A stretch of 64,000 nt of DNA, from contig OZ242195.1 in assembly GCA_965205975.1 (NCBI GenBank), positions 1,856,001 to 1,920,000 of the forward strand, given 5' to 3'. The DNA is from Candidatus Latescibacterota bacterium (GTDB taxonomy: Bacteria; Latescibacterota; UBA2968). Both the position numbers and the translations under genes were made by a program. The notes under the pieces are model-generated. The model was not told the origin of the DNA. It did no database searches and worked only from the letters and a program-made list of their open reading frames with translations. This document shows, piece after piece, positions 8,613 to 17,981 of the stretch; position 1 is the first letter of the stretch, and each line of letters opens with the position of its first letter.

Positions 8613-8641
8613 CCAAGTAAATGCTTAAAACAAAAAAATTA

Positions 8642-8701
8642 ACTCAAAAACGCGGATTGATGCAGAAATTGCTAACTGGCAAGTGGAAAATAAAAATATA
8701 A
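8642..8701 (+). pseudogene. Relic 3' tail of a second hsdS allele
   Basis: Encodes TQKRGLMQKLLTGKWKIKI*. 23 bp identical to 8430-8452, then synonymous differences only through the Trp codon. Confidence 0.85.
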
Positions 8702-8711
8702 GGTAATAAAT

Positions 8712-11700
8712 ATGGCTACATCAAAACGAAATTATTCACAAAGGACACAGAGGATTCTGGACATCCAGAGCTTAAATCAATGTGCATTCCCAGGATGTAC
8801 GAGCCCTTTGGTCGAGCCAGGCGCCGGACAATCAGGCCCTGCTGTTATTAGTGATATATGCCACATTTATGCTTCGAGCCCTAGTGGTCCAAGAGGGCAA
8901 GGGGGTCTCACAGAAGATGAACTAAAGTCTATAGATAACCTGATTTTGCTTTGCCCGAATCACCATAGGGTGGTGGACCGTCAACCTGAAACTTATACAG
9001 CTGAATTGCTCAAACAATGGAAGGAAGAGCATGAAGCTAAAGTGAACAAGCAACGCCCTGCTGGCTTAGATATTATAAGGGAAATCGTTGATCAAAAAAT
9101 TAAGGATGAAACCGATATACTCCGCAAATCTCGCTTTTTTGCCGAGTTTAACAGTACCCTATATTCATTAGAACTCGCAAGAAAGTTGGTAGAAGGAGAA
9201 CTTTCGGTTGGTACTAATGCTGTAAGGAGACAGGCCCTTGCTTGGTGTGTGCGAATCCTATCTGCCAAAAAATTGGATAAAGCAAAAGAATATCTCTATC
9301 ATGCGAAAAAAATAGGTACTTGTGAAGAAATAGATATAGCAGATGCCTTTATATCGTCACAGAAGGGTGATAAAAGCACTGCTCTAAGTGCTCTGACAAG
9401 CATTGATTCACCAATGTCTCTGTCCGCAGCCCTCATAGTTGTCGCAAATCATGATGGGTCACAGGAGGCTATTGACTGGCTAAAGACAGTCGGTATTGAC
9501 ACTGCTGATTTGGCCCCCGAAGGCAAACGGTTTCTTTTGCAGTGTCAGCTTGAACTCGCTGATTGGGAGGCAGCACAAGAATGTCTTGATGTACTGAGTG
9601 ATGACGATTTGCGTGATGCCCCAGTCCTCCATCACTTGAAGGCTATAACACACCTTCTAAGAGCAGTGCCAGATGAACTTCGCTCTAGCATACTTCAACA
9701 ACCACCTTTTGAAGCTGTCAAATTTCCTCTTGGATCAGATGCAGATGCAATTGAAGCCCGCCGACTGGCACACCACCACTTTATAGAGGCTCAAAAAGTA
9801 GCAAATCAGTTAAATTTTCCACAGGCAGCAGCAATAGATAATGAGTACGCACTGTGGCTTGAACTCAAGGATCCCAATGAATCGGACAATGGGCGGAAAC
9901 GGCTGGAAGTTGAACTTAGCGATCCCAAGTCCGCTCTACACCTCGTTCATCTCGGATTTCAATTTGGCATAGAATTAGATACAGCATTAGTCGAACGGGA
10001 GATCGAAAGACAAATTGCTCTCAATGGCAAAACGACCTATGACGCGGCAAAAGCGCGTCTTGCTATCGTTTTCAGGCAACAGACGCCGAAGGAGGCCACA
10101 AATTATATCGCTCGGTACTACGACGAACTTGTCGACCATATTAGTAAAAAATCACTACTGTTTCTCCAAATAGATCTGTTTTCTCAAACTGGACAGATAG
10201 GAAAGGCAAAAGAGTGCTTAGACATCCTTTTAAAAGAAGGACTGCCTGAGATAGATAAAAGCCGGCTTGAGTTCATAATTGCTGAGGCAGAAGGAGAAAT
10301 TGATCCGGTTGAGAGTCTCAAAGAGCAGTTTCAAAAAACAAACGCCCTTAATGATTTGGAAAACCTTGTCCGCAGGCTCAAAGAACAAGATGACTGGAAC
10401 GGTCTTTGCGAATATAGCGAAATTCTGTTTGACAGAACCGGCGAGTTGCGCCAAGCGGAGGATTTAGCACTCGCTTTATACAATACACAAAAGAATGAAC
10501 AACTTATAAAGTTTCTGAAATCAAACAAAGAACTTTTAACGCAGTCCGAACTACTACAAATGCTCTATTGCTGGGCTTTGTTTTTCGAGGGCGATTTACT
10601 CAAGGCTCGCTCCGAATTAAAAAAATTAAATGGTGATTGGGATGATGAGAAAAACCGCAAATTACATCTTTATCTTACAATCTCTTTGGGTGATTGGCCT
10701 GATCTTTCTGAATTTGTAGTTAAAGAGTATCAGAAGAAAGACAAGAGAAATGCTCAAGAATTGATACAAATTGCTCAACTGGCCCTTCAAGTGAACTCAC
10801 CCTATGCAAAAGAGTTGATACAGGCGGCGGCAAACAAAGGGAATAATAATGCTGATGTATTAGGAACCGCCCATTTTCTTGCAGCAAGAGCAGGTTTGGA
10901 AGATGATCCAGAGGTCTCTCAGTGGATTCAACAAGCCGTTGTGCTCTCTGGTGACGATGGACCAATCTGGAAAATGACGCTAAAAGATTTCTGGGATCAA
11001 GTGCCAAATTGGAATCGTCAAGCCTCTGAAATATGGCATCAGTTGAGACGTGGCGAGATCCCGATGTTTCTTGCCGCAGAAGGTACCAATAGGTCCCTTA
11101 GTGATTTGATGCTTTTCCCCGCTTTGGCGAATCCATCAGTAAACGATCCTCGGCGGAGAGTCATCATCCCTGCATATAGCGGTCAGCGACACCCGTTATC
11201 TCTCGATATCAATAGACAAATCGGAATGGATGCAACCACATTGCTCACTTTGAGTCTTTTGAATCTGTTGGACGATGCACTGGACGCTTTTGATACGATC
11301 CACATACCACATTCAACTCTTCGCTGGCTTTTTGATGAAAAACAGAGAGTTGCATTCCATCAGCCAAGCCGGATCAAAGATGCGAAAGAAGTATCTAATT
11401 TATTGAACACTGGTGCGTTAGAAAAATTCTCGCCAAGTACTGTGCCCAACAGTGATTTATCCATCCAAGTTGGAGACGTGTTGGCACAATTTATAGCAGA
11501 GGCAGAAAAAGCGAGCGACAATGACAATACTCAACGCATCGTCGTGCAGCCATCCCCTGTTTATCGGGTTGTCTCTCTGATGGAAGAAGAAGCAGACTTA
11601 CAAGCGCATGAAACCGTGTTGAATAGTTGCCAAGCTATTGTGGAGAAGTTGAGACAAAAGGGCCAGATTACGGCGAATGAAGCACAGAAGGCATGTGACT

Positions 11701-12782
11701 ATTTGCAACTTCACGAGAAACCCTGGTCAAACCAGCCAGATATAGCTGATGGAGCAATACTGTATTTAAGTGACCTGGCTATAGCCTATTTTCAGTATCT
11801 CGGAATATTGGAAAAGCTGCATGCTGCTGGCCTCAAACCTATTATTTCGCCCCAAAAGGTATCTGAAATAAATCAACTCATTTCTTATGAAAATATTTCT
11901 GAAAAGGCCGAAAATACCATAGAACACATACGGCTGGCCGTCAATTCACGGATAGAGACAGAAAAAATACAGATAGGCAGACAATTCTATGTCGATCAAC
12001 CAATAGACAGGTCAATATCCGAACATCCAAGTGTGGGTATTTTCTCATTAGAGAAGGGCTGCAACGCAATCATTATGGACGACAGAGTCCTCAACCAACA
12101 TGCCAATTCCAATCATAGCGACCCACCTATGCCGATATTTTCAACATTGGACCTTATAGATGCACTGGTCTCTAATGGTTCTAAAATACCTGAAGAACGA
12201 CGAGAGTACAGGACCCAACTTCGTAGAGCTGGATACGTATTTATCCCCGTAAGCGTAGATGAACTTGCCCATCATCTTGAAACCTCTGAGGTTGTGGATG
12301 GCAAAGTTGTTGAGACAGCCGAATTAAAAGCTATCCGCGAAAATATTCTTCTCGTTCGAATGAGTACCTGGCTTCAACTTCCAGAAGAAGCATATTGGCT
12401 TGTTGAGTTGCAAAAAACTTTTGTCCATGTGCTAAAAGATCAGTGGAAAGCCGATGCTGACTTTTCGGTTGCCCGGACCCACTCTGACTGGATCTTGGAT
12501 CAAATTGGCATCCATGGCTGGGCACATAGCTATGGCCCTGAGATCGGATCCAACATTGTCAAGACGGGAAGTAGCGCACATATTATGGCGGTGCTCACAC
12601 CCCCAGTTGAAGAACCACAGAAAGTCAGGAAGGAATACTGGAATTGGGTTGAAGGGAGAGTTTTAGCTCCGATCAAAGAACAATATCCCGATCTGTACCT
12701 CGAGCTTGTCGAATGGCACCGAAGATGGATTGCAAAAATTGCTGATATGGATATGATTGAGGAAAGGAAAAATGATGAATAG
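8712..12782 (+). CDS. 1356-aa protein: N-terminal HNH nuclease, TPR-like helical middle, C-terminal PIN-like domain(s)
   Basis: QCAFPGC...ICHIYASSPSGPRG...DNLILLCPNHHRVVD. PIN-like segments IGMDATTLLTL..IHIPHSTL, LYLSDLAI and IIMDDRVL. Confidence 0.75.
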   Translation: MATSKRNYSQRTQRILDIQSLNQCAFPGCTSPLVEPGAGQSGPAVISDICHIYASSPSGPRGQGGLTEDELKSIDNLILLCPNHHRVVDRQPETYTAELLKQWKEEHEAKVNKQRPAGLDIIREIVDQKIKDETDILRKSRFFAEFNSTLYSLELARKLVEGELSVGTNAVRRQALAWCVRILSAKKLDKAKEYLYHAKKIGTCEEIDIADAFISSQKGDKSTALSALTSIDSPMSLSAALIVVANHDGSQEAIDWLKTVGIDTADLAPEGKRFLLQCQLELADWEAAQECLDVLSDDDLRDAPVLHHLKAITHLLRAVPDELRSSILQQPPFEAVKFPLGSDADAIEARRLAHHHFIEAQKVANQLNFPQAAAIDNEYALWLELKDPNESDNGRKRLEVELSDPKSALHLVHLGFQFGIELDTALVEREIERQIALNGKTTYDAAKARLAIVFRQQTPKEATNYIARYYDELVDHISKKSLLFLQIDLFSQTGQIGKAKECLDILLKEGLPEIDKSRLEFIIAEAEGEIDPVESLKEQFQKTNALNDLENLVRRLKEQDDWNGLCEYSEILFDRTGELRQAEDLALALYNTQKNEQLIKFLKSNKELLTQSELLQMLYCWALFFEGDLLKARSELKKLNGDWDDEKNRKLHLYLTISLGDWPDLSEFVVKEYQKKDKRNAQELIQIAQLALQVNSPYAKELIQAAANKGNNNADVLGTAHFLAARAGLEDDPEVSQWIQQAVVLSGDDGPIWKMTLKDFWDQVPNWNRQASEIWHQLRRGEIPMFLAAEGTNRSLSDLMLFPALANPSVNDPRRRVIIPAYSGQRHPLSLDINRQIGMDATTLLTLSLLNLLDDALDAFDTIHIPHSTLRWLFDEKQRVAFHQPSRIKDAKEVSNLLNTGALEKFSPSTVPNSDLSIQVGDVLAQFIAEAEKASDNDNTQRIVVQPSPVYRVVSLMEEEADLQAHETVLNSCQAIVEKLRQKGQITANEAQKACDYLQLHEKPWSNQPDIADGAILYLSDLAIAYFQYLGILEKLHAAGLKPIISPQKVSEINQLISYENISEKAENTIEHIRLAVNSRIETEKIQIGRQFYVDQPIDRSISEHPSVGIFSLEKGCNAIIMDDRVLNQHANSNHSDPPMPIFSTLDLIDALVSNGSKIPEERREYRTQLRRAGYVFIPVSVDELAHHLETSEVVDGKVVETAELKAIRENILLVRMSTWLQLPEEAYWLVELQKTFVHVLKDQWKADADFSVARTHSDWILDQIGIHGWAHSYGPEIGSNIVKTGSSAHIMAVLTPPVEEPQKVRKEYWNWVEGRVLAPIKEQYPDLYLELVEWHRRWIAKIADMDMIEERKNDE

Positions 12783-14703
12783 CCCTTATGTCAAATCTGC
12801 ATTGGCACAAACAGCTTTGGATCTTACTCCTCCACTTATACGTGAGACTTTGCTTAAGGAGTCTAATTTTCGGGATGAGTACAGTCTCACAGCGAATGTG
12901 ACTCTTTCCTTTCCCGATATTGATACTACATTTCACCTTTCCAGCCTGTACGATGCTATCCGAAGCGTTCTTGCAGGTGCATCAGAAAAGAAAGTGATTG
13001 ATACGGAAGGCCAAAAGTGGAGGCTAAAAAACATCGGCAAGAAAGGAGAGCCGCATCTTTCACTTTCTCGCGGCGAAAAGCATTTCTCTCTTCCTGACCT
13101 TGCGACACTTTCTCCAGATAGAGATACACGTCTACGTTTTCTTGATGAAGCTATTTTTGACGTTAATCTTCCCAGCAGTGTATCAGATCAATGGCGTAAT
13201 ATTCTTTCGGAACGCGCCCTCGAAGATGACGAAGTTGATACGTGTCTTAGTGAGTTTCGCAATACACCAGTTGAAATGGTACGTGCCATACAGAGTGAGA
13301 TTATGGCGGGACAAAGTAACTTGTCCTCGCTGGTTCCTTCTTCCCATAGATATTTTGAAAGACTTGTGGGCGTATATGACGACAGTCCTACCATTCGCGA
13401 TTATGCTGCCAGTGGTGGTAGAAAGCTCTTTGCTCAACTGTCTGCGTGGCGACCCTATGACGGCTTTTTATTTAGCCTCCTTCTGTCATCACACACCTCG
13501 CTAACAGATGAAATCAATGTCGATCAGTTGAGTAGTGAAGATCTTGTACGCGCCTACGATTTTTTGGCAAAACATGGTGATAGAATTTCGCAGTTGGGTG
13601 CTATTGAAGTCGGCTTGCGCGTTCTTCCATCAAGGCCTGAGATAGAACAGGGTCTTATCAGTCTCATTGAGCAAATTCGTGATGACGATATTGAGGGACA
13701 AACAAGCGATTTCAAACTACTCTGGGCATTGTTTTGCCTTGTGGATGGAGAGCTATCAAGGACCCGTCTTTTGTCTTCGAAACCACCTTTTTATAGAAGA
13801 TTAGCAGCCTTATCACAGGCTGCATTGATTCATCGCCAGCATGTGAATTTACCTATTGATGTTGACATTGACCGCTTCAGTAAATGGACTTTTAGCAATC
13901 GTGGACAACAATATTACCTCCAATCGCTGGTCGATATGCGTTTGGAACCGCGCTGGGATCCCTATCTTGCAATGGCTTCGCAAATGAAGGCATATTTCTT
14001 TGGTCGCATACTGAGCGCAGCAAAGAAATACGAGCAGAATATAAAGGGTAATCAAATATACGATTTAGTACTCGCAAACAAGACCGGAAGCCCTCAGCCT
14101 TTTGGTGATGACCCTGAGACATGGTTACCTGGTCCATTAGAGGGAGAGGAAAAAACGCAAAAGAATTTGCCAGCCGAAATCGCAGAAACAATTGAGACAC
14201 AGATCCGGAAAGATGAAGTAGGACCATTGTCGTTTGTTGCGCTTGTTAATTTCGCCTTGATTTTTCCTTTTAGTACAGATCATGCTGAATTGGCGGCAAA
14301 AGCATTACAGCGTGCTAACTATCGAATTCCGGACATAGAAGACAGATCGCAGCTTGTTATTATATTAGATGGACTGGCTAAGGTTGCCGCCGTTTCGAGG
14401 AGTTTAACACTCGCGGATGAATTGCAAATCCTTGTACGTAGATACAGGCATGATGCTGAGTATGAGTTGTCCATACAAGAGGTCATAAGAATCTGCCTCT
14501 TAGCCGCTGCAAGTCGTTCAGATCTGAGTGAATGGACAAAATTTGTCGGTGACTGGCTAACGGAACTCGCATTTGGCGATTTGAAAGACGAAGAAGCACA
14601 AGGACTCCATTTGTGCTTAAATAGTCTTTGTCATGCAGTTCCTGAGCTATGGGTATCCTGCGGAAGAGCCGATGCCGCTCTATCCGCTTTGATAAACAAA
14701 TGA
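12772..14703 (+). CDS. Hypothetical 643-aa helical protein coupled to the HNH/PIN gene
   Basis: Long intact ORF with an RBS (GGAAAGGA), overlapping the upstream gene by 11 nt; no motif recognised. Confidence 0.8.
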   Translation: MMNSPYVKSALAQTALDLTPPLIRETLLKESNFRDEYSLTANVTLSFPDIDTTFHLSSLYDAIRSVLAGASEKKVIDTEGQKWRLKNIGKKGEPHLSLSRGEKHFSLPDLATLSPDRDTRLRFLDEAIFDVNLPSSVSDQWRNILSERALEDDEVDTCLSEFRNTPVEMVRAIQSEIMAGQSNLSSLVPSSHRYFERLVGVYDDSPTIRDYAASGGRKLFAQLSAWRPYDGFLFSLLLSSHTSLTDEINVDQLSSEDLVRAYDFLAKHGDRISQLGAIEVGLRVLPSRPEIEQGLISLIEQIRDDDIEGQTSDFKLLWALFCLVDGELSRTRLLSSKPPFYRRLAALSQAALIHRQHVNLPIDVDIDRFSKWTFSNRGQQYYLQSLVDMRLEPRWDPYLAMASQMKAYFFGRILSAAKKYEQNIKGNQIYDLVLANKTGSPQPFGDDPETWLPGPLEGEEKTQKNLPAEIAETIETQIRKDEVGPLSFVALVNFALIFPFSTDHAELAAKALQRANYRIPDIEDRSQLVIILDGLAKVAAVSRSLTLADELQILVRRYRHDAEYELSIQEVIRICLLAAASRSDLSEWTKFVGDWLTELAFGDLKDEEAQGLHLCLNSLCHAVPELWVSCGRADAALSALINK

Positions 14704-14760
14704 TCCATCTAACCAGAAAATTCGTTCGCCCTTGCATCTAACGGCTTTCCCTCTGGACCT

Positions 14761-16193
14761 GGTGTTGTCCCTATATTAGTTGAAATAGTAGAGGCTCCAA
14801 TGTAAATTGGATACAGCAGATTCAACCGTGAAAACGCTGTGTCCACAACCAAAGGAGCCCGTGATGAAAAAAGTATCGCACAAAGCCCCCAAAGTCAAGG
14901 CAATCCACAAAGACGATGCAACGTCCCAGACACCCACACAAGAAGAACTGGACATACTGGATACCCGCATCGCGCTGATCCAGGCCTTGATCCCATTAGG
15001 ATTAGACGCCGTGGCAGAAGAATTGCAGGAGGAAGTGAGCCGCTTGGCCGGGGACAGATACAGTCGCAAAGACACCGAAAACCCCAATCGTCGGTGGGGC
15101 AGTCAACAAGGGTCTGTGTATCTGGCCGATCAAAAAGTGCCGATCTCTGTACCGAGGGTACGTAATGTGGAGAGGGATGAGGAAGTCTGCCTTGAGACCT
15201 ATCATCACCTCCAAGTTCCCAGACGTATGGATGAAGGGCTGCTCCTTCGCGTGATCAAAGGCATTGCGACTCGGTCTTATCAAGCCTGCGCTGAGGCGAT
15301 CCCGAAAGCCTTTGGGCTGTCCTCATCAACGGTATCGAGACGTTTTATCAAGGCGTCGGCACAAAAGCTGAAGCAGTTCCGTGAACGCTCTTTAGCGCCG
15401 TATGACTTGGTTGCCCTCTTTATAGATGGCAAGACCTTTGCAGACCAAGAGATGATCATTGCTCTGGGCGTGACGATAGAAGGGCACAAAATCCCAATAG
15501 GCTTTGTCCAGGCTGCCACTGAGAACGAACGCGTCTGTCGGCAGTTTATACAGTCTCTCATCAATCGTGGCTTGGTCTATCACAAGGGCCTGCTGTGTCT
15601 TATTGACGGCTCAAAAGGCTTGTATGCTGCCCTTACAAAGGCATTGGACGGTTACGTGGTCATCCAACGTTGTCAGTGGCACAAGAGAGAGAACGTGCTT
15701 TCCTATCTGCCTAAAAATAAACAGGATCAGATCAAAAAGGCCCTACAAAATGCCTACGACCAGCCCACCTACAAAGATGCTAAAATGGCACTCTTATCCC
15801 TCAAAGCGGAATTGGCCTTGATCAACGAAGACGCGCTCTCCAGCCTTGAAGAAGGAATAGAAGAAACCCTTTCCTTGCATCGCCTCGGACTGATGCCGCA
15901 CTTGAAGCAGTCCTTTCGTACGACAAACTGCATTGAGTCCATAAACTCAATGGTCGCACAAATCACACGAAATGTGAAGAGATGGACAAACTCGAATCAA
16001 CGCAGGAGATGGTTAGCCACCGCTCTGCTGGACATTGAACCCCGATTGCGAAGGGTCAAAGGCTACAAAAGCCTACCCAGGCTCAGGCGCGCACTGCACA
16101 AGCACTTGAAACTCGATACAGACTGGCAAGACCCAATTGCTGCGGATTGAAAACACCGGCCTCAATTATTTCAACTAAATATAGGACTTGACC
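14761..16193 (+). mobile_element. IS256-family insertion sequence, about 1433 bp, no target duplication
   Basis: Imperfect 27-bp IRs GGTGTTGTCCCTATATTAGTTGAAATA / GGTCAAGTCCTATATTTAGTTGAAATA. The flanks (tctggacct, agacaactg) do not match. Confidence 0.85.
14864..16150 (+). CDS. IS256-family (Mutator-type) transposase
   Basis: ALFIDGK, LIDGSKGL, QRCQWHK, RTTNCIES; RBS AAAGGAG before ATG 14864. Confidence 0.93.
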   Translation: MKKVSHKAPKVKAIHKDDATSQTPTQEELDILDTRIALIQALIPLGLDAVAEELQEEVSRLAGDRYSRKDTENPNRRWGSQQGSVYLADQKVPISVPRVRNVERDEEVCLETYHHLQVPRRMDEGLLLRVIKGIATRSYQACAEAIPKAFGLSSSTVSRRFIKASAQKLKQFRERSLAPYDLVALFIDGKTFADQEMIIALGVTIEGHKIPIGFVQAATENERVCRQFIQSLINRGLVYHKGLLCLIDGSKGLYAALTKALDGYVVIQRCQWHKRENVLSYLPKNKQDQIKKALQNAYDQPTYKDAKMALLSLKAELALINEDALSSLEEGIEETLSLHRLGLMPHLKQSFRTTNCIESINSMVAQITRNVKRWTNSNQRRRWLATALLDIEPRLRRVKGYKSLPRLRRALHKHLKLDTDWQDPIAAD

Positions 16194-16674
16194 AGACAAC
16201 TGGCGAGCATCTCAAGTTCGCAATATCGGTGTTATCGAAGGCAATAGGCCAGCGACAGATAATGATTGGGAAACGATTAAAAGAGGTGGAGACGCAGCCA
16301 TAGTGAGGTGGATCAGAGGCCAAATGAGGGGAAAGACTTGCACCATTGTTTTGGTAGGAACAAACACCGCGAATCGCAAGTGGATCAACTATGAAATAGT
16401 AGAATCGTGGCGTCAAAAAATGGGGGTGGTGGGCATTCATGTCCATGGCCTGAAGGATAGATATGGTCGCACTTCAGCAATGGGCTATAATCCCTTCGGC
16501 TACTTCACATTTCCAAGAACGGTAACAGCAATGTCAAGCGTTGTGCGGTGCTATAACCCACCGGGCCGGAACAGCACAGAGAGGTATAATTGGATTGCCA
16601 ATAATCTTTCAGCGATGGTTGAAGAAGCAATCGACATCCGCAAAAAATTCCAAGCAGGAAGGTATGTCAAATGA
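16192..16674 (+). pseudogene. ThsB-like TIR-domain (DUF1863-type) gene, 5'-truncated by IS256
   Basis: The frame reads DNWRASQVRNIGVIEGN..NDWETIKRGGDAAI..CTIVLVG..RKWINYEIVES from the IS end. It is preceded by an in-frame TGA and lacks the usual N-terminal F-x-S-F-H-Y strand. Confidence 0.85.
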
Positions 16675-17117
16675 ACAACAATGAATGTATCTTGAAGCAC
16701 CTGGAGTTTATTCAGGATATCGTAAACCGCTTGGAATCCAATGCCTTCCTTCTCAAGGGGTGGAGCCTTACCGTCCTTGTCGGAGGATCCTTATTGATGG
16801 TGAGACTTAGGCCAGACCAACCTCTATTAGCATTGACACTTCTCGTACCTGTTTTCGGGTTCTGGATGCTGGATGCATATTTTTTGTGGCAAGGGCGGTT
16901 GTTTCGAGATGAGTACAACCGGGTGCGTAAACAGGATGAGACCGACTTTGCCCTGGATCCGATGCAACATAAGCATAAACCGAAACGTAGCTGGTGCTCA
17001 ACATTTTTCTCCGGTACGCCGTTCATTTTTTATGTTGTGGAAATTGGGTTTGTTTCAGTTCTCGTTTTTTTTCTATGGATGGCAGGCATCCCGGCACCTG
17101 AGAATTGCTTCCCATGA
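16671..17117 (+). CDS. Small transmembrane protein of the type found next to TIR genes
   Basis: KHLEFIQ..NRL..NAFLLKGW, FWMLDAYFL..RLFR; three hydrophobic segments; ATGA overlap with the TIR gene. Confidence 0.75.
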   Translation: MNNNECILKHLEFIQDIVNRLESNAFLLKGWSLTVLVGGSLLMVRLRPDQPLLALTLLVPVFGFWMLDAYFLWQGRLFRDEYNRVRKQDETDFALDPMQHKHKPKRSWCSTFFSGTPFIFYVVEIGFVSVLVFFLWMAGIPAPENCFP

Positions 17118-17165
17118 TTTTCCTTCTTCGCCAAAGGTAACTAACGGTCTCTTAGAGATAGTTTT

Positions 17166-17219
17166 ATCAGCGTCTATCCTGGTCTTCACAAGGACAGGCC
17201 TATGTCCATCTGCGGATAA
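17166..17219 (-). repeat. Inverted GCAGAT triplet with an inserted hairpin
   Basis: atcagcgtct-atc[ctggtcttcacaaggacaggcc]tatgtcc-atctgcggataa on the + strand. Confidence 0.65.
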
Positions 17220-17247
17220 CACTTAATTTTACATTTTACTCAATACA

Positions 17248-17391
17248 ATGAGCAGACAACCATTCACCAGACCTCAAGCTGCGGAGTTGGCGCGGCGGTT
17301 AAAAGAACCCCGACGATTCATTCAAGTCGTATTGGGAGCGAGGCAGGTCGGCAAAACGACCCTTGCATTGCAAGTGGCAGATCAGGAGGAT
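17248..17391 (+). pseudogene. N-terminal relic of an AAA-family ATPase, in frame with hicB
   Basis: RRFIQVVLGARQVGKTTLA (Walker A), followed by an abrupt switch to HicB sequence. Confidence 0.75.
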
Positions 17392-17619
17392 ATGATGAGA
17401 AATTTTAGAATTATCGTTGAAAGATATTCCGATGGCTATGTGGGATATCCGCTCGGATTGAAGGGGGTCGTCGTTGGGCAGGGAGATACTTATGAAGAGG
17501 CATTGGCAGATGTAAAATCTGCTATTCGGTTTCATATTGAGACGTTTGGTAAAGAAGCGTTTGATGAAGATCCGCCGGTTCTGGAAACTTTTATGATTAA
17601 TGCAGAAATGGCGGTATAG
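17392..17619 (+). CDS. hicB: HicB-family antitoxin (short form)
   Basis: GYVGYPLGLKGVVVGQGDTYEEALADVKSAI; own RBS AGGAGGA. Confidence 0.85.
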   Translation: MMRNFRIIVERYSDGYVGYPLGLKGVVVGQGDTYEEALADVKSAIRFHIETFGKEAFDEDPPVLETFMINAEMAV

Positions 17620-17859
17620 ATGGCGAAGTTTCCTGTGGACGCACCCAGACGAAGGGTGATTCGCGCTTTCGAGTCTTTAGGATTCAAACGTGTACGCGAG
17701 GCAGAACATATTGCTATGCTTAAGGAAAATGCGGATGGTTCAAGAACTCCTTTGACGATGCCCAATCATCCGCGACTAAAGTCATCAACTTTGCGAACGA
17801 TTTGCACGCAATCAAAAATTTCGCGCGATGATTTTTTGCGTGCCTATCAAGATGCTTGA
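17620..17859 (+). CDS. hicA: HicA-family toxin
   Basis: VIRAFESLGFKRVREAEHIAM...LTMPNH..LKSSTLRTI. Confidence 0.85.
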   Translation: MAKFPVDAPRRRVIRAFESLGFKRVREAEHIAMLKENADGSRTPLTMPNHPRLKSSTLRTICTQSKISRDDFLRAYQDA

Positions 17860-17934
17860 TATCATTTGGAGGTTTATTCAGGGCGTCTTGAATCGTTTGG
17901 AATATTACCTAACCATCTATTTTATAAGGGTTTT

Positions 17935-17966
17935 ATCTGCTTCCATCTGCGCCCATCTGCGGATAA
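17935..17966 (-). repeat. Inverted GCAGAT decamer triplet
   Basis: atctgcttcc-atctgcgccc-atctgcggat-aa on the + strand, just upstream of hsdR. Confidence 0.9.
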
Positions 17967-17981
17967 AACAGGAACGGAGCA

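Noticed and set aside
8536..8628. 30-codon + strand ORF (MRRITEKEQSS...) opposite the candidate sRNA, as a type I toxin
   Set aside because: The SD is about 13 nt from the ATG and the peptide lacks a clear hydrophobic helix; not supportable, though not excluded.
14704..14760. ATCTAAC motifs after a stop codon (similar CTAAC near 17140 and 17910) as integron attC sites
   Set aside because: No matching GTTRRRY end or long imperfect palindrome, and no intI gene.
16188..16220. Outward TTGACC at the IS256 end as a hybrid promoter
   Set aside because: No credible -10 box at 16-18 nt spacing.
16303..16674. 123-aa TIR ORF from GTG 16303 as an intact gene
   Set aside because: Homology extends 36 codons upstream to the IS end; the GTG is internal.
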